Source: a virus
IMG/VR virus record: IMGVR_UViG_3300042876_000282
Coordinates: 23,238 to 87,237 of that record
Reading direction: 5' to 3' (one strand)
DNA: 64,000 bases
A model generated the notes under the pieces. The model worked only from the letters and a program-made list of their open reading frames with translations, did no database searches and was not told where the DNA came from. This document shows positions 62,051 through 64,000 of this stretch, in pieces. The first letter of the stretch is position 1. Each line of letters begins with the position of its first letter. The position numbers were made by a program, and so were the translations under genes.

Positions 62051-64000
62051 ATGGCAGACGGCGGCAAGAGCGGGCCGGGCATCGGCGAACGCGTCGAAGC
62101 GTTGAAGGCGTTCGTCATCGGCGACGAGACCGCGCGCGAGACGTCTCGCGCGGTGGACGAAGTCACGAAGAGCTTCGAGCAAGCCGGCGCGATCGTTCCG
62201 CCGTACGACCCGCGCGTGCTGAACGACCTCTTCGAGAACTCGTCGGCGCTACGACCGAACGTCGACGCGTACGCGACGAACATCGACGCGAACGGCTTCC
62301 ACTTGGAGCCCTCGGTCTCGCTCTCGGGCGACGATGCTCGCAAGATCGTTCGCGACGCGATCTACCTCGAACGACTCGAAGCGCGCGACAAGGGTTCAGC
62401 CGTCGATCCGATTCCGAGCGAAGACGAAGTCGCCGAACGGATCAAGCTCGTCGATCAAGCGATGGCGCTCGAACAAATGCGGGTGCTCTCGTTCTTCGAC
62501 GCGTGCACGGTCGAAGAGTCGTTCACGTCGCTTCGACGTCGCACGCGACAAGACCTCGAAGTCACGGGAAATGCGTATTGGGAGATCCTCCGCGACGACC
62601 GCGGACGCGTGACGCAGTTCGTCTATCTTCCCGTGTCCACGATGCGACTCACGACGCAGGGGCGCGAGTTCGTGCCGGTGATCGTTCCGCGTCGCCTCAC
62701 TCCGATCACGGTGATCCGCGAGAAGCGCTCGCGTCGCTTTCGACGCTTCGTGCAGATCGTCGAAGGCTCGCCGCGCTCGACGGTGTTCTTCAAAGAACTC
62801 GGCGATCCGCGAGTCATGTCGTCGAAGACCGGGACGTACTACACGAACGATCTCGCGATGAAGGCGAAGGAAGGCGCGGACGCGACGACCGCGACCGAAG
62901 TCTTCCACTTCCGGATCCCATCATCGGGAACACCGTACGGCGTTCCGCGTTGGGTCGGCGCGTTGCTCTCGGTCTTCGGTACGCGACACGCGGAAGAGGT
63001 GAACTACCTCTACTTCGAGAACAAGTCGGTTCCGCCGTTGGCGATGCTCGTGAGCGGTGGTCGCGTGTCCGCGGATTCGGTGAAGCGGATCGAGAGCTAC
63101 GTCGAGAATCAGATCAAGGGGAAGAAGAACTTCCACAAGATCCTGATCATCGAAGCCGAGCCGACCGGCGGCGACATCGAGAACAACGGTCGGATGAAGA
63201 TCGAGCTTCGTCCGCTCACGCAGGCGCAACAGTCGGACGCGCTCTTCCAGAAGTACGACGAGCGCAACGCGGACAAGGTCGGGATCATGTTCCGACTCCC
63301 GCGGATGCTCCGCGGAGACGTGCGCGACTTCAATCGTTCGACTGCCGAAGCCGCGTTGGAGTTCGCGGAGCGACAGGTCTTCGGACCCGAGCGCGTCGAG
63401 TTCGATTTCACGATCAATCGCTTCGTGCTCGCAGATCTCGACGTTCGCTACTGGAAGTTCGTGAGCAACTCGGTGCAGGTTCGCGATCCGCAAGTCATGG
63501 CGAACATCATCGCGAAGCTCAAGAGTGCGAACGTGCTCGTCGCGGCGGACGCGCGTGAACTCGTCGGCGAACTCGTCTTCGATCGCAAGCTCCCCGAGAT
63601 CGATGCGGACTGGATCTATCAGCCCGAGATGCTCACGCAGGTCGGGATTCCGTTCGACACCGAAGGCGAAGATCGGTTCATCCCGACGCGTGACGACGCG
63701 ATCCCGCCGAACGGAATCGACCCGACCGCCGACGGTGTGATCTCGCAAGCGTTGAAGGGCGGTCGCACCGAAGCTCGGACGGTGAACCTCACTCGTCGAT
63801 TCGGAGCGAAGCACGTATCGGCTCCGGATCTCGCGGCGATGGCATCGGAGATCATCGCGCTTCGCGACGCGTTGGTCGAAGCCGAGAAGGTCGGAGCGCG
63901 GAAGCGCTTCGCGGACGCAGCGGCGGCGGAGAGTGCGAGCGCGAACCCTCGCGAGTCGGTGTCGAAGAGCGACGACGACGACGGGGCGGTCGTGCTTCGC
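62051..64000 (+). CDS. Portal protein (PBSX/P2-like), runs off the window
   Basis: PPYDP..L, DLE.TGNAYWE..R, EV.HF, PYGVPRW, YF.N..VP, FRLP...G...D.NR.TA. Confidence 0.88.
   Translation, partial: MADGGKSGPGIGERVEALKAFVIGDETARETSRAVDEVTKSFEQAGAIVPPYDPRVLNDLFENSSALRPNVDAYATNIDANGFHLEPSVSLSGDDARKIVRDAIYLERLEARDKGSAVDPIPSEDEVAERIKLVDQAMALEQMRVLSFFDACTVEESFTSLRRRTRQDLEVTGNAYWEILRDDRGRVTQFVYLPVSTMRLTTQGREFVPVIVPRRLTPITVIREKRSRRFRRFVQIVEGSPRSTVFFKELGDPRVMSSKTGTYYTNDLAMKAKEGADATTATEVFHFRIPSSGTPYGVPRWVGALLSVFGTRHAEEVNYLYFENKSVPPLAMLVSGGRVSADSVKRIESYVENQIKGKKNFHKILIIEAEPTGGDIENNGRMKIELRPLTQAQQSDALFQKYDERNADKVGIMFRLPRMLRGDVRDFNRSTAEAALEFAERQVFGPERVEFDFTINRFVLADLDVRYWKFVSNSVQVRDPQVMANIIAKLKSANVLVAADARELVGELVFDRKLPEIDADWIYQPEMLTQVGIPFDTEGEDRFIPTRDDAIPPNGIDPTADGVISQALKGGRTEARTVNLTRRFGAKHVSAPDLAAMASEIIALRDALVEAEKVGARKRFADAAAAESASANPRESVSKSDDDDGAVVLR

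Noticed and set aside
1-64000. Alternative genetic code or stop-codon reassignment
   Set aside because: Conserved genes read full-length in the standard code, with TGA, TAG and TAA all used as stops.

Overview
A 64-kb stretch of a high-GC tailed dsDNA phage or prophage. The P2-gpI-like baseplate gene and PBSX/P2-type portal suggest a contractile tail. The host cannot be determined from the sequence. Gene order: end of the tail module and lysis cassette (1-7.7 kb); a large replication/recombination module with SF2 helicase, DnaB, primase, UvrD, sigma-like factor, PolB, SSB, RecA, HNH, SbcD/SbcC and RuvC (7.7-29.3 kb); nucleotide-metabolism, methylase and RHH regulator genes (29.4-38 kb); two converging arrays of small 'early' genes (38-45.5 kb on +, 47.7-55.2 kb on -) flanking a displaced small-terminase-like gene and a 1.3-kb non-coding repeat region; then TerL, a ParB-methylase and the portal. 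The most notable signals are non-coding. (i) Two ~45-nt anticodon-less mini-tRNA-like folds (acceptor stem + T-arm + D-loop-like GG) sit at gene junctions of the recombination operon. (ii) A 19-bp palindrome GTGTCTYCG-N-CGRAGACAC occurs 15 times, about every 7.5-10 kb and clustered next to TerS. (iii) About 17 copies of a modular promoter/operator/hairpin/RBS cassette head the accessory genes, including a perfect 107-bp inverted pair. All protein calls come from motifs read by eye; no database searches were run.
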